The notes beneath the pieces are model-generated. The model was not told the DNA's origin. It was given only the letters and a program-made list of their open reading frames with translations, and searched no databases. Position numbers and translations under genes: made by a program. Positions 1-12,667 of a stretch of 64,000 nt of DNA are shown here, piece by piece. Positions within the stretch are counted from its first letter, which is position 1. The number at the start of each line of letters is the position of its first letter. Source of the DNA: Eledone cirrhosa (taxonomy: Eukaryota); contig OZ024740.1 of NCBI GenBank assembly GCA_964016885.1, positions 98,456,001 through 98,520,000 of the forward strand, read 5' to 3'.

Positions 1-2779
1 ATCAATAAGTTATAGCAAGATGTTAGCTGCCTATAGGAATAGAAACGAGAAAGAATTAACAGGTAAATTAGAAGAGGCAATCAAGAGCGAAGATGTGGCC
101 AGAGTGCTGGCATCGAGGACGGCCTTGAACCAGTTTTTCGATGCAAAGCACGAAGGCTGCGTCATTCGAAGTAAAATACGTGCTCTAGGTAATGAGGGGG
201 CCAAAGCCGTTGGCTGGGCCGCGTGACAGAAGCTAAGAGTGGAAATCGATCCACCATCCGGTCGTTGCAAGACGGAGATGGACGGGTGATCCGGGATCCT
301 AAGCAGATGTGCGAGGCCTTTCAAAGGCACTTTGCCCGATTGTTCGGGGGAGGCGAGGGTCCGGGCGGGGGCGTGGATTTCGGTCCATACCTCGACGGCC
401 TGCCGCGTCTCTCGAGCGAAGAGGCAGAGTCCTGCGAGGGACCAATCTCGGCTGATGAGATCGGAGATGCGCTGAGCCAGTGCAGCAGACGCAAATCTCC
501 AGGTCTCGATGGTATACCTTACGAACTTTATTTAGCAATGCCGGTCTTCTTCTCCGAACTCCTCGAAGCGGTCTACTGCAATTGGCAGCAGAACGGGAGA
601 ATTCCTTGTTCTGTAGCCAAGGGCGTAGTCACGCTGGTGAGGAATGACGAGAACAACGGAGATAGTATAAATAATTTTCCGCCCATAACCCTGCTAAACA
701 CAGAGTTAAAGATTTTGGCCAAGGTGTTAGCAAAGAGGTTGGCGCTTGTCGTGGGTGGCCTGGTGGGAGATGCGCAGACATGTGCTATCCCATCCAGGTC
801 CATTCATGATAACCTCCACCTCATGCGATACATCATAGAGCGGGTTGGCAACAAACCCGGCTTCGGTGGGGCCCTGATCAACTTGGATCAGTCTAAGGCC
901 TTCGATAGGGTCGACCATGGTTACCTGGATGCGGTGCTAGCGGCGGCTGGGTTCGGTCCTGTTTTCAGAGGCTGGATCACTGCCTTACATAGCAACCACA
1001 TCTGTTCTAGGATCAAGGTGAACGGCTACCTTTCGAAGCCGTTCGAAATCACACGATCCATTCGACAGGGGTGCCCTCTCTCCTCCCTTCTGTACGTATT
1101 GACTCTCGAGCCTTTACTGAGGAAGTTGGAGTTGTTGCAGGGTATCCCCCTGGAACCAGGATTGAGCAAAGCGGTGTCGGCCTACGCCGATGACGTAACA
1201 GTAATGGTATCGACCGACTCGGAGATCGAGGCGATCGGTACCTTACTGGAGGATTACGAAAGGTTGTCAGGAGCGAAACTGAACCGGGAACAATCCATCG
1301 GGCTGCAACTCGGAACGTGGAGAGGCAGACCGATGCCTCCCGACGGTGTCGTCGGACACTGGACGGAGGGCCCGGTAAAGTTGCTTGGGGTCTGGTTTGG
1401 ACCGGACCTCCAGGTGGAAAAGAACTGGAACGAGGTTACGAACAAGGTGTTTGCACTAACCCAGAAATGGGCCAAGTGTAAGCCGTCCCTAAAAGGGCGG
1501 GCGGAGGTGGTGAACATTTACATAGCATCCGTCACTTACTACCACCTGACTGTCGTGCCTTGCCCTAAGGAAACACTCACCACCATGGAACGCATGCTCT
1601 TCCAATATCTTTGGAAGAAGCGCCCTCCTATGGTGAGAAGATCCATCTGCTGCCAACAACCTTCGAAAGGAGGGCTGGGGATGCCGTGGTTGATGATGTG
1701 TAGGCACGCATTAAGGCTACGGCACCTACAGGTATTCCTCACTGGTCAACCGGTGTGGGCTCCGTTCGTGAAACGAGCCTTTCCGAGACTCGTCTCGCTC
1801 ACCGAGCTGCAGTCCTGGGTCAAGCAAAGATCCGGAAAACTGGGGGACTGGCACACTGAGTGTGCTCAGGCGCTCAGGGCTCTCTGGCAAGCGGGCCAGG
1901 CCGTCGGTGGAGAATCCACCTCATCATTCTATAGAGGGCTGGTGGCTAGCAGGGGCGATGACACCCTTGGAGAGTCGCTGGACATGGAAGAGGACGAACT
2001 GGCCAGCCTGTTCGGTAGGACTTTCGGCCCGGGACCAATGGACAACTTCCAGAAGTCACTAGCCTGGCAGTGCTACCGGGGGGCTCTACCCGTTCGAGAG
2101 AGGCTCTACAGACACGGGCGCCCGGGCAGGGATCCCTCAAAAAAATTTACCCTAGATGCGTGCGTCACCAAGAAACCGTTGCGCACGCATTGGTGCAATG
2201 TCCGGGCGTGGCTCATCTGTGGGGCTACGCCGAACGACTGCTGTCGCGGGTGGCGCCGATTCAATTGACCGCCGAGTCCGTGATGACAATCAAACAGCCT
2301 CCCCTCTTCACAAAGGAAGCAAAGGCGCTTTTTCTGTGCGTAATAGCCATGCTGAAAGAGGTTGTTTGGTGGACACGATTGAAAGGTCTGAGGTCAGGCA
2401 ACTTCCTCTCTAGCCATAGTCTGGTCTACTTCTTCCGATATCACTTCGGAAGAAGGATAAGAATGGAGAGAGAGGTGCTTGGCCACAGGCAGTTTTATGA
2501 AAGGTGGGTGATAGTGGCGAGAATGGCTCGTGTAAATGGGCCTTCTCTGTATACCATCCTGTAGGTAAAGAAGTAAAGGAGAGGGGAGCACCTTCTCCAT
2601 GTGCTCCCCGGGCAAAGGATTGCACACTTTTTCGGGGGTGTGTGCAACCCCCATCACGTCCCCTCCCTTTTGAGGTTATTTTCGATTATTTTCATTTTAT
2701 ACCCTTTTTACTCGATTGTATGTAAACTCCCCCTTTGTATTTGTCCCTTCTTTTTATGCCTTTATGGTAAATAAAGAAA
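1..2779 (+). mobile_element. Tx1/L1-clade non-LTR retrotransposon, copy 1 (5' part lies outside the window)
   Basis: RT motifs SPGLDG, ITLLN, LDQSKAFDRVDH, IRQGCPLS, YADD, LLGV; C-terminal zf-RVT-like C..HQETVAHALVQC; short 3' UTR ending AATAAAGAAA (2770-2779). Confidence 0.93.
20..2564 (+). pseudogene. ORF2 (reverse transcriptase + zf-RVT) of Tx1/L1 copy 1, frameshifted at ~225 and ~2140
   Basis: ORFs 20..226, 223..2268 and 2070..2564 join into one L1-type ORF2 collinear with ORF2 of copy 2. Confidence 0.9.
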
Positions 2780-2791
2780 TCTATCTATCTC

Positions 2792-2850
<59 letters not shown>

Positions 2851-2855
2851 CTCTA
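2780..2855. repeat. (TCTA/TATC)n microsatellite between the two Tx1 copies
   Basis: Directly visible. Confidence 0.98.
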
Positions 2856-3057
2856 CCAGACGTGTGTAACTTCGCAGAGAAGTTTCCGTTATTTTATGTA
2901 AGAAAAAAACGAGTTTTCAGTTACATTTTATATTATTGTCTGGACTTTCAGGTGGTGGGTCAACTCATTTTCGCCCATACAGGGGCGAAATATTCGTTTT
3001 GAAAATTTTTTCTCCATCGAATTTTGAAAAAAATATCGTAAGAAGTTTGATTACGTT

Positions 3058-4988
3058 ATGAACGCTGCGTTCAACGATACTGGTGGTGGAGAGTCTGTAA
3101 GACTACATAGCTCGCAGTCAACATCGTCTTCTTCCCTAGATACTATGGTGATGGAAAGACGAAATGAAATTGTAAAAACAAATTCATATTCAAACAACAC
3201 AAATGACACCAAACAGTTCAATGACAACAAAAATAACAACTACACCAATAATGATGATAAAAACAACAATGACAACAACAACAAAGAAAAAAATAAAGAC
3301 AACACCAATAACACCAGCATCAAAGACAACAACAACACCAACACCAACACCAAGGAAAATACGAATAATATCAACATCAGTGACAACAAGAATAACAACA
3401 ACAATAACAACATTAATGACAACACCACCAACACGGATAATTCCACAAAGAAACCAAAATCTCCTTTGCACAGACAGTTCAGAAAAAGGAGGAACTGACA
3501 TATCTCGACATAAGAAATGCCGAACAACTTTTAAAGGACGCTAGGAGATATGTTACTTTCGAAAAAAATGGTGCTTTCAGCATCAATTCTCCGGTAGAAA
3601 TTCGCAAGGAAACTGCTCTCAAAACGATAGTTTTTAGGACAGTTTCCAATTCTACCCGAAAACCAGTCCAATTGTCACAGACAGAAATGGAACTAGTTTT
3701 CAAAAATTCAATGAATGATATTTCATTCATTCAAAGAAGCAAACTCTTTTGGAGTATTTCGGTACTCATGAAGGATCAATTGACGGCCCAAAATTACTCT
3801 GTGTCGCCAATTGTATCCAACCTGTATACCTTTTTCCCTACATACATGGGAAAAAAGGACACAAAAGATTAAAATCACGAGAGTCACACCAAAGGTCAAC
3901 ATATGGTGGATACTGTGCGGCTTCATCAATTTTGATGAAGACAGAATACTGTCAGTAGGAAAGTCCTCCAGAGATGTATTCAATGGGACTAGTGTTGAAG
4001 TTCTGGTGCAAATGAGCCCAGAGCGAATAGCTATGATCCCACAACGTGTACTCCTGGACGGACTCACCTACATAAAGTTTCGGTTGAGGGTAGGCGGCCT
4101 TCATGTTACCATTGCTTTAGCAGGGGTCACCTGGGGGCTTCCTGTCCTAAATTAATGAGTAAAAAAAAGGCTCTTCTGCCGACACCCATCAAAACACAAC
4201 CACCAACACCACCACAACAACAACAACAACAGCAATACACAAAAATAACCACAACAAACACAGCCCCACCCAACCCCACTCCACCTAAAACCACTGCAAA
4301 ATCACATACAGACACAACAGCTCCACAAGACATACCCCTCCCCAATCACACAGACGATACAGCAGATGAGGCTATCTCGCCATCACCCAGTGAAGACGAG
4401 GGAGAACCCCATCGCTCGAAAAGAAAGAAAAGACATCACAAAAGCAAAAAAACAGCAAACACTACCACAAACATACCACCACCAACACAAACAACAAAAA
4501 ACATCACAAACAAAACCCCCACCCCCTGAAAACAAAATACCTACAACAAAACGAAAGCACACACAAGAACTACAGACAAAAACAAACACAACACAAGAAA
4601 ATTACACTTACACTTACATAAACACTGAAAACAAAACACTAATGGAGACCATCACGAACAACCCTTCGGTGGAAACCGAAGGGAAACTTTCGCCCACTCT
4701 ATTAAAAATAACAGAAAACTGAACCTAAAACTGTTTAGGGTCCCTATACAAACTTATAGGTCCTTAAAAGAAACATTTGAAAAGGATGTGGGGAATTCCT
4801 GCGTGAAACCCCTTAACCGCGTCCTTCTCAAATGTCTCCCCACCCCAGACACCCCCATCCCACCAGACCGCACCCCACCAAACATCTCTGTCTCCACCCC
4901 GCCGGAAACCACCACCCACCCAGACAACTCCTTCAACACCCCCATGGAAATCGTGCAGCCTGGTCCCCAGGAGACGAAGGGTGAGTGA
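3058..4988 (+). pseudogene. Disrupted ORF1 (Asn/Thr/Pro-rich with a central folded segment) of Tx1 copy 2
   Basis: Lies directly upstream of the APE ORF; broken ORFs 3058..3498, 3811..4155, 4155..4529, 4788..4988. Identity inferred from position. Confidence 0.6.
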
Positions 4989-5021
4989 TCTATTTTCCTC
5001 TTTTAACTTTTCAGCAACAAC

Positions 5022-8000
5022 ATGGCCAATATAAGAGTTGGATGTGTGAACGTACGCGGCCTGGGGATGCCCTGGAAACAGGGAAAACTCTTAAACGACC
5101 TCAGGTCGCACAGTATGGATGTGGTAGCCATTTGCGAGTCCAGGATCCACAGCGAGCGACAGCTGGCCCCATCTTCGATGACTTTGAGATCTACACATCT
5201 CTCTGTCAACCGAGGGGTGGGGGCGGAGTTGCCGTTTTGCTGCGGAAACACCTGGGCCTCGTAACACAGACGCTACATCTGGACCCGGAGAGTCGACTGG
5301 TGGTCCTAGACGTTGACGGTAGTGAAGGTGGAGCCTTCAGGCTGGTGGCCGCATATGCCCCATCCGGGACACCGCGGCCAGACTTCTTCAAACGTCTAGA
5401 GACTTTTCTGGGAACGTCCCGCTCCTTGCTTTTAGTGGGGGACTGGAATGGAATCCTAGATGCACGTTGGGACTATGAGGGAGCATGTCCCGATAAAGGG
5501 GGGTGTAACAGCCTCAAACAGTTAATCGGCCGATTTGACCTGGCCTATAGATATCGACTAGATTTTCCGACTGTGCCACTGTGGACGTGGACTAATCTTA
5601 GCGGAACATCTAAATCGGACCTAGATAGGGTTCTAGTTAGAAATAAGGATAGGGATATTTTAAGCTGTCCACAAATGTTCATGATTGCCTATTCAGATCA
5701 CAAACTAGTGACCTGCATGGCCAACCTTGATAGAACCCATAGACAAGGACTCGGCTACTGGAAGCTGAACTAGTCGTTATCGACAATCAAAGCCTACAGT
5801 AGATGGATTAGCACTTTAGTTAAACAGCTCTTGACAGGGCCATTGTCAACAACAGATGGTGGTACTCTCTCAAGAGGGCAGTTAGATTAGATTCGTTAGT
5901 TTTTAGTAAAGAATTAGCGTTTGATAGAAATAGAACCGAGAAGGAACTGGTAGATAAAGTAGAAGAGGCAATTAGAAGTGGCCTTGGACCAGTTCTTCGA
6001 CGCAAAGCACGAGGGCTGCGTTGTCAGAAGCAAAATACGTGCTCTGGGAAACGAGGGAGCCAAAGCTGTTAGCTGGGCCCGAGTGACAGAGGCAAAAGGT
6101 GGCAACAAGTCCACGATTCGGTGTTTGAAAGACCAAAACAGAAGCGTAATACGTGAGCCGAAGCAGATGTGTGCGGCCTTTCAGCGGCACTTTGCTCAAC
6201 TGTTCGGGCGGGGCGGCGCGCCGGGAGGGGCTATGGATTTCGCTCTACCTCGACGGCCTACCGCGACTCTCGGACAGCGAGGCAAAGTTCTGCGAAAAGC
6301 CGATCTCAGCCGCTGAGATAGGGAACGCGGCAAACGCAAATCTCCAGGTCTCGACGGTCTACCCTACGAATTTTACGTAGCAATGCAGGACTTATTCTCC
6401 GGTCTCCTGGAAGCGGTCTACTGCAACTGGCAACAGAACGGGAGAATTCCCAGTTCTGTAACCGGGGTCGTGGTCACACTAGTCAGGAAGGACGTGAATA
6501 AGGGGGATGACATAGGCAACTTCCGGCCAATAACTCTGCTAAACACAGAGTTACAGATTTTGGCCAAGGTGTTGGCAAAGAGGCTGGCGCTTGTCGTCGA
6601 GAACCTGGTGGGAGAAGCGCAATGTGCGCAATCCCGACCAGGTCCATACACGACAACCTCCACCTCATGCGATACATCATAGAGAGGGTATGGTGTAAAC
6701 CCGGCTTCGGTGGGGCCCTGATCAACTTGGATCAGTATAAGGCTTTCGATAGGGTTGACGATCGTTACCTGGATGCGGTGCTCGAGGCGGCAGGCTTCAG
6801 ACCCGTGTTCAAGGGCTGGATTGCTGCAATGCACAACAGCAACATCTGCTCAAGGGTCAAGGTGAACGGCTACCTCTCGGAGCCGTTCCATATTACGCGA
6901 TCCATTCGACAGGGATGCCCTCTCACCTCCCTTCTGTACGTACTGACTCTCGAGCCACTACTGCGGAAGTTGGAGCTATTGCAGGGCATCCCTCTGGAAC
7001 CAGGACTGCGGAAAGCGGCATCGGCCTAATGATGTCGAGCGTCTCGCAAATCGAGGAAGTCGGCACCTTACTGAAGGAATACGAAAGATTCGCAGGAGCG
7101 AAGCTGAACCTGGACAAGTCCATCGGTTTGCAACTCGGATCGTGGAGAGGCAAACCGATGCCTTCCGATGGCGTCGTCGGACGCTGGACGGAAAGACCGG
7201 TAAAGCTGCTCGGGGTCTGGTTTGGTCCGGACCTCCAGGTGGAGAAGAACTGGAACGAAGTGACGGCCAAGGTGTTTGCACTCACCCAGAAGTGGACCGA
7301 GTGCAAACTATCCTTGAAAGGTCAAGCGGAGGTGGCGAACACTTTTATAGCGTCCGCCATCTACTACCGCTTGACCGTCGTGCCTTGTCCAGCCAAAACG
7401 CTCGCCAAAATGGAGCGCGTGCTCTTCCAATTCCTTTGGGGATGCCGTGATTGACGATGCGCAAACACGCGCTCAGGCTGCGGCATCTCTACGTATTCCT
7501 CACCGGACAACCGGTGTGGGTCCCGTTAGTGAGGCAAACCTTCCCACGACTCGTCTCGCTGACCGAGCTGCAGTCCTGGGTCAAGCAAAGACCGAGTACA
7601 ATGGGCGACTGGTACATCGAATGTGCTCAGGCGCTCATAGCCCTCTGGCAGGCGGACCCGGCGATCAGTGGAGACTCCACTTCGTCATTCTATAGAGGGT
7701 TGATCCGCAGCAAGTGCGACGACGCGCTCGGTGAATCTCTAGGCGTAGAGGAAGATGAACTGGCCAGTCTGTTCGGTAGGACCTTCCGCACGGGACTGAT
7801 GGACAACTTCCAAAAGTCCCTGGCCTGGCAGTGCTACCGAGGAGCTCTACCAGTTCGAGACAATCTCTACAGATATTGGGCGCTCGGGCAAGGACCCTGC
7901 AAAAAAGATCTGTCCGAAGTGCGTGCTTAACGAAGAAACCGTCGCGCACGCATTCATACACTGCCCGGGCGTCACTGACCTGTGGGGCTATGTAGAACGA

Positions 8001-8326
8001 CTATTGTCGCGGGTGGGACCAATCCGGTTGACCACCGAGTCCATTGTCATGATCAAACCGCCACCCTCCTTCAAAAACGAAGGAGAGGCGGTTTTCCGTT
8101 GTGTGATAGCTATGGCGAAAGAGGTTGTATGGTGGACAAGGTTGAAAGGGCTGAGGTCAGACACCTTTCTCTCCGGCCAACAACTGATTCTTTTTTTCAA
8201 ATACCACTTTGGAAGAAGAATCAGGATGGAGAGAGAGGTGCTGTACTCCAGCAGTTTTATGAAAGGTGGGTGAAAGTGGCGAGAATGGCCCGAGTGAATG
8301 GGCCTTCTCTCTATATCAGCCTGTAG
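5022..8326 (+). pseudogene. ORF2 (APE endonuclease + RT + zf-RVT) of Tx1 copy 2, many frameshifts
   Basis: GCVNVRGL, DVVAICESR, GDWN, LDRVLV, SDH (APE); FRPITLLN, LDQYKAFDRV, IRQGCPL (RT); the YADD segment is deleted at ~7027. Confidence 0.92.
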
Positions 8327-8566
8327 GTTGAGGAAAAGGAGGAGGAGAGGAAAGGAGTACAAACTCTTCGTACTCCTGGAGATGAGGGTTGCACATGTTT
8401 TCGGGGGTATGTGTTACCCATATAAACTGTCTCCCCCTATTGGGGAAAATCGACTAATTTTTTAAATTGCATTTGTGATAACATTTTACGTCTTTATTGT
8501 ATGTAAACTTCCCCCTTTGTAGTTGTCCCCTTCTTTTGTGCCCCTGTGGCTAATAAAGAAACATAT

Positions 8567-8567
<1 letters not shown>

Positions 8568-8627
<60 letters not shown>
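8568..8627. repeat. (TATC)n microsatellite 3' of Tx1 copy 2
   Basis: Directly visible. Confidence 0.98.
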
Positions 8628-8655
8628 GAACTATATATCTATCTATATAGATGCG

Positions 8656-9117
8656 AGTCTACATGTTAACACATATCTGAAGAGCTTCCGATTCAGAGTG
8701 ATGTTCAATCATGAATCGAGTGTTCTACAGGCTGATTGACAGTGAATATGTAATATGTAGATAAATATCAGGCTGATTGACAGGGAATATTACATATTCA
8801 GGCTGATTGACGGACATATGTAATATGTAAATAAATATGTATAGGATGAACCCTGATTCTTTCTTCCCTTATATATTACTATTATCTATCTGTCTATATA
8901 TATTTGTATATATACATAAATATATATATATACAAATATATATAGACAGATAGGTAATCATAATATATAAGGGAACAAAGAATCAGGATTCATCCTATAC
9001 ATATTTAATTTCATATTACATATGTTTCACTGTCGATCAGACTGAAGAACAATCGATTAATGATTGAACCTGACTCTGGAATCGGAAGCTCCTCGGATAT
9101 GTGTTAACATGTAGACT
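8656..9117. mobile_element. Tail-to-tail inverted pair of PLE pseudo-LTR-like ends centred on a (TA)n tract
   Basis: AGTCTACATGTTAACACATATC (8656) is the reverse complement of GATATGTGTTAACATGTAGACT (ends 9117); arms pair through to ~8915; each arm holds a decayed type I hammerhead. Confidence 0.75.
9012..9101 (-). ncRNA. Degenerate type I hammerhead with a long stem II (second copy at 8671-8758 +)
   Basis: Minus strand: CATAT-CCGAGGA-(~60 nt)-GAAA-CATATG-TA-ATATG. The + copy has an intact CTGAAGA but a small deletion at GAAAC. Confidence 0.6.
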
Positions 9118-9140
9118 GACACACATGTATATATATATAT

Positions 9141-9227
9141 GGTTTCTACTTTTGGCACAAGGCCAGCTATTACCCAGTACATTACTGGTACTTTATTTTA
9201 TCGACCCGTAAGGATGAACGGCAAACA
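9141..9227 (-). mobile_element. SINE fragment (family with core GCCTTTCATCCTT..GGGTCGATAAAATAAGTACCAGT)
   Basis: Matches fuller copies at 21487-21662, 28362-28574 and 34474-34645. Confidence 0.75.
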
Positions 9228-12050
9228 TCATTGTCGATTTAACGTCCACTTTCCCTGCGAATAAGGTGTGGGCAGATCCATATAAACCTAGTCTGTACTG
9301 AAGGAAACCCACTGATCTTCCAAGCAAGCCAGGGATATGTGCCTCGCTTATGTACAGTCCCATATTCTATTGAGTTCTCAGGGAAGGTTACCATGCCTTT
9401 GAGACAACTGAGGGTCCTCCTAACCCTTTGTCTGACAAGTGTTCTACAGCTGGATGCTCTTCGTATCCCCACGCTCTTTACAGCTTATACTGGATGAATT
9501 TATTGTGTAGATCACCAACACTAGGGCGTCTATGATACCATTCACTCAACTGGAATGTTCTCACAACACTTTGTCTGGCAGGTTTGCTATGGCTAGATGG
9601 CCTTCCTATCATCAACCACTTTACAGCATGTACTGGGTGCATTTATCATGTAGATCACAAACGCTGGGGAGGCTACCATAGACATGACATGACTGAAGGG
9701 TCCTCCTGACCCCCTTGTTTGGAAAGCTCTCCATGGCTAGAAGCCCTTTATATCACCAACCACTTCACGGGGTGGTACTACCAAGAATGCATATGAGTGT
9801 GTTGAGAATAACTGTTAGGGAATGCTAGTGGAAGTGGGGTGGGTAGATCAGGTCATATTGTAAGATGCATGCTGGGTCTTCTTCAGCACTGTATAGTGCC
9901 AACCCTCACAATCTTTAGTCATTTCTGTTGAAAGATTTATCTTTCTAAGATCAGTTTTACAACTTCATCCCATGACCTCCTGGATCTGCCTCTTCCACAG
10001 GTCCAGGCCACTGGTGTTTCTCTACATTTCTTTGTAGCTTCTGCAGGTCTTCTGCAGTCAAGGCCCATTTTTCTCTGCCATTTAACATTGTGGTACGTAC
10101 ACAAACATCATACCATCTACCCTTCACTCTGAGAGAAAGAATGTTTTTGTGAGCAGTGGTAATAGAACACCAAACTTCTTCCAGTCAGATCTTATCATAT
10201 CTATAACACTTTTAGTGCATCCACCCCAAATATTAATTTGTGCACCTAGAGAGCAAAAGCTATCCACGACTTCTAGAGATCTCACTTGGCAGCTGACGGA
10301 ATCTATTTCATGTCTGTTTTGTTGTGCTTACTTCCCCTGAGCATCTGCCATATATAAATTCTATCTTTTCCATTAGCCTTCCTGCAATCCCACTACATCT
10401 CTTGTGCATACATATTTTACATAGTGAGCACCTTATGGAATTTCTACTTACCCCTTTAAGACATATCAAGCATGACCACTTTCCTGGTGGTATCACATTC
10501 CTGTCTTCTTTCCTACTTATTGAGACTTTCATCTTCGTTAAATTTACTTTTAGGCCTTTCAGCTCTAGGTTCTTCTTCATGCTTGAAGTTTTGCTTCTAA
10601 ATCTCCTTCGGACTCAGCTATGAAGACTAGGTCATCAGCATAAAGGAGCTCCAATGGAGCACCAGGTTTAAATTCCACTGTGATGGCTTGGAGTACAATG
10701 ATAGATAGAAGAGGGCTGAGGACTGATCTTGGTGGGCTCCTACCTTCACTTCAAATTTATCCCTCTACTAATTTCCTAAGTGTCCACCAGATTATAGAGC
10801 AAGGGACCCTGCCAGAGGCTTTCTCTAGATATACAAATACTAAGTAAAGTGACTTACTCTTAAATACATCTCCTGTTGTTGTCTCACCTGAAAGAGGGCA
10901 TCAATAGTATCCCTAACTGGCATACATCTGAACTGCATCTTCTCCAACTTGATTATTCCCTGATTAGTTGTACTATAACCCTTTCAGCAAATTTTCATCA
11001 CCTTGTCCATCAGCTTGTTGGCTCTGTAGTTACCTCTTTCTAGTGCATCTCCTTTCTCATAGTATGTCTTCCATCCCAAACTCTTTTCGTTGTTAGACAG
11101 AGCAAGTGCTCTGCTATTCTTTCTAACCACATCATGATTTTCTCTAATACACTGTCTTTCAAACCTGAACATTTCATGCCTCTAATCATCACGAAGCAGA
11201 ACATGCGCAAACCTCTTCTTTCCAGCCTCTCACCTTCCTTGATATGCCTGGCCCCACTTCTTGCTATCTGGTGTTGCTTTCTGAGCCCCTCCATTCCTCA
11301 AATTTTCCAGGTTTGTCTTTTTGTTTTACTAGCTTTTTCTCCCTTGCCCATCCACTAACTGGCTCATGGCTTCCAGCAGGTTGTCCTTTAGAAATTTCCA
11401 ATTTTTCTCAATGTCATATGTCCCCAGCTCTTCTTCCTTACTGTCATAAGTGTCAAGAAGGATTTCTCTAAATTTGTTACTTACAGAGGGTTCTCTTAGC
11501 TTCCTTCTTTAGACTGGCTTCTGTCTCTAGGTTCACCTAGCTTTACTCTAAAGTCACTGACCACTAATCTATGTTGGGAGATACATTCCTCTCCAGGGAA
11601 GGACTTCATATTTACAACCAATTTCTTGTCTTGTTTCCTGGTGAGGATGAAATCTATTTGGCTACCTGATTAGTAGGTAATCAGGTGGTTGGCTGGTCAT
11701 GTTGTCCATTAGCAAGTCCAGCTAGTGGTGTGTATGTAGATAGTATAGTGGCTTTAGTATTTTCCAGGGCTAGTCTAAGTTTAATTATTCTACCACTCAC
11801 CATAACTACCCCAATTACCTGGTCAAGCCAGCTATCCATGGGGACCATTCCTGCACCCCACCCCGTTTTTGTCATCTATCCAGAAGAATTTGTAATGTGT
11901 TCCTTGCCTGTGATAAATCTAGCTGAACCTCCCCTTCACCTCATTTCTACTTCTCTCCTCATTAACATGCCCACAATCTCACTGCACTTTCCTCTCATTG
12001 TTCCGACATTCAATATGGCAAATCTAAGGACCTGTACTTGATGGAAAGGA
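9228..12050 (-). mobile_element. Heavily decayed RTE-clade LINE (APE, RT, PHD-like insert, repetitive 3' UTR)
   Basis: Minus-strand KWSCLICLKGVSRNSIRCSLCKICMHKRCSG (10308..10580), YADD at ~10630, GDALERGNYRANKLMD, APE remnant IIKLRL near 11780; tail GGACGTTAAA at ~9240. Confidence 0.85.
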
Positions 12051-12635
12051 AGCTGCACAGCTATCGTTTTTCTTTTCCTTGGTTTTAGGAACAGGAGAGC
12101 TGCCCAGCAGTTTGGTGATTCTCTGGGGATTTACATATATGTCAGGCTCTTTCTTGTTTTCTATAGTGTTGTTTATGTTTATTTATCACGCAAATGTATG
12201 CAGTCTTCCACCACGCCAGCGTCAGTAGTAACCACAACTCTTCACTAAGCCTTTTGTACCCTAAATGTTATTTCCAGGACAATGTTATATACTATAGTGG
12301 TGAAGTGTGTGCAGGGGGAAAGAGGTTTTAAAAACTCCCACACACCAAGTGAGTAATGAAATGTGTTGCGGTTGGGATAGGCCAACATGATATAGCATCA
12401 GGGAAGTAATACATTAAGAGGTGGTCTTTCTAAAAAAAAATCATTTTACAATAATGTTTTAGGATTTAGGCTAAGGTAAAGTAGACGATTTCAGACACAA
12501 GTAGCATTTAGGCTTTGCTTTTGTAAATTAATTAACAAAAAAAACGAGAATTACAATACATTACAATAGTGATAAGCTTTTAGTTTTAAAAACTGGAAGA
12601 GTACATGGCAACATAGGGAAGATCTGCATATATGT

Positions 12636-12636
<1 letters not shown>

Positions 12637-12667
<31 letters not shown>

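Larger units (their letters stand above)
2856..8561 (+). mobile_element. Apparently full-length but decayed Tx1/L1-clade LINE, copy 2 (5' UTR, ORF1, ORF2, 3' UTR)
   Basis: ORF1-like low-complexity region 3058-4988; APE endonuclease and RT remnants 5022-8326; 3' end AATAAAGAAA 8552-8561; (TATC)n on both sides. Confidence 0.9.

Noticed and set aside
31-8362. Antisense and alternate-frame ORFs over the Tx1 copies
   Set aside because: Shadow ORFs of GC-richer retroelement coding sequence; no independent motifs.
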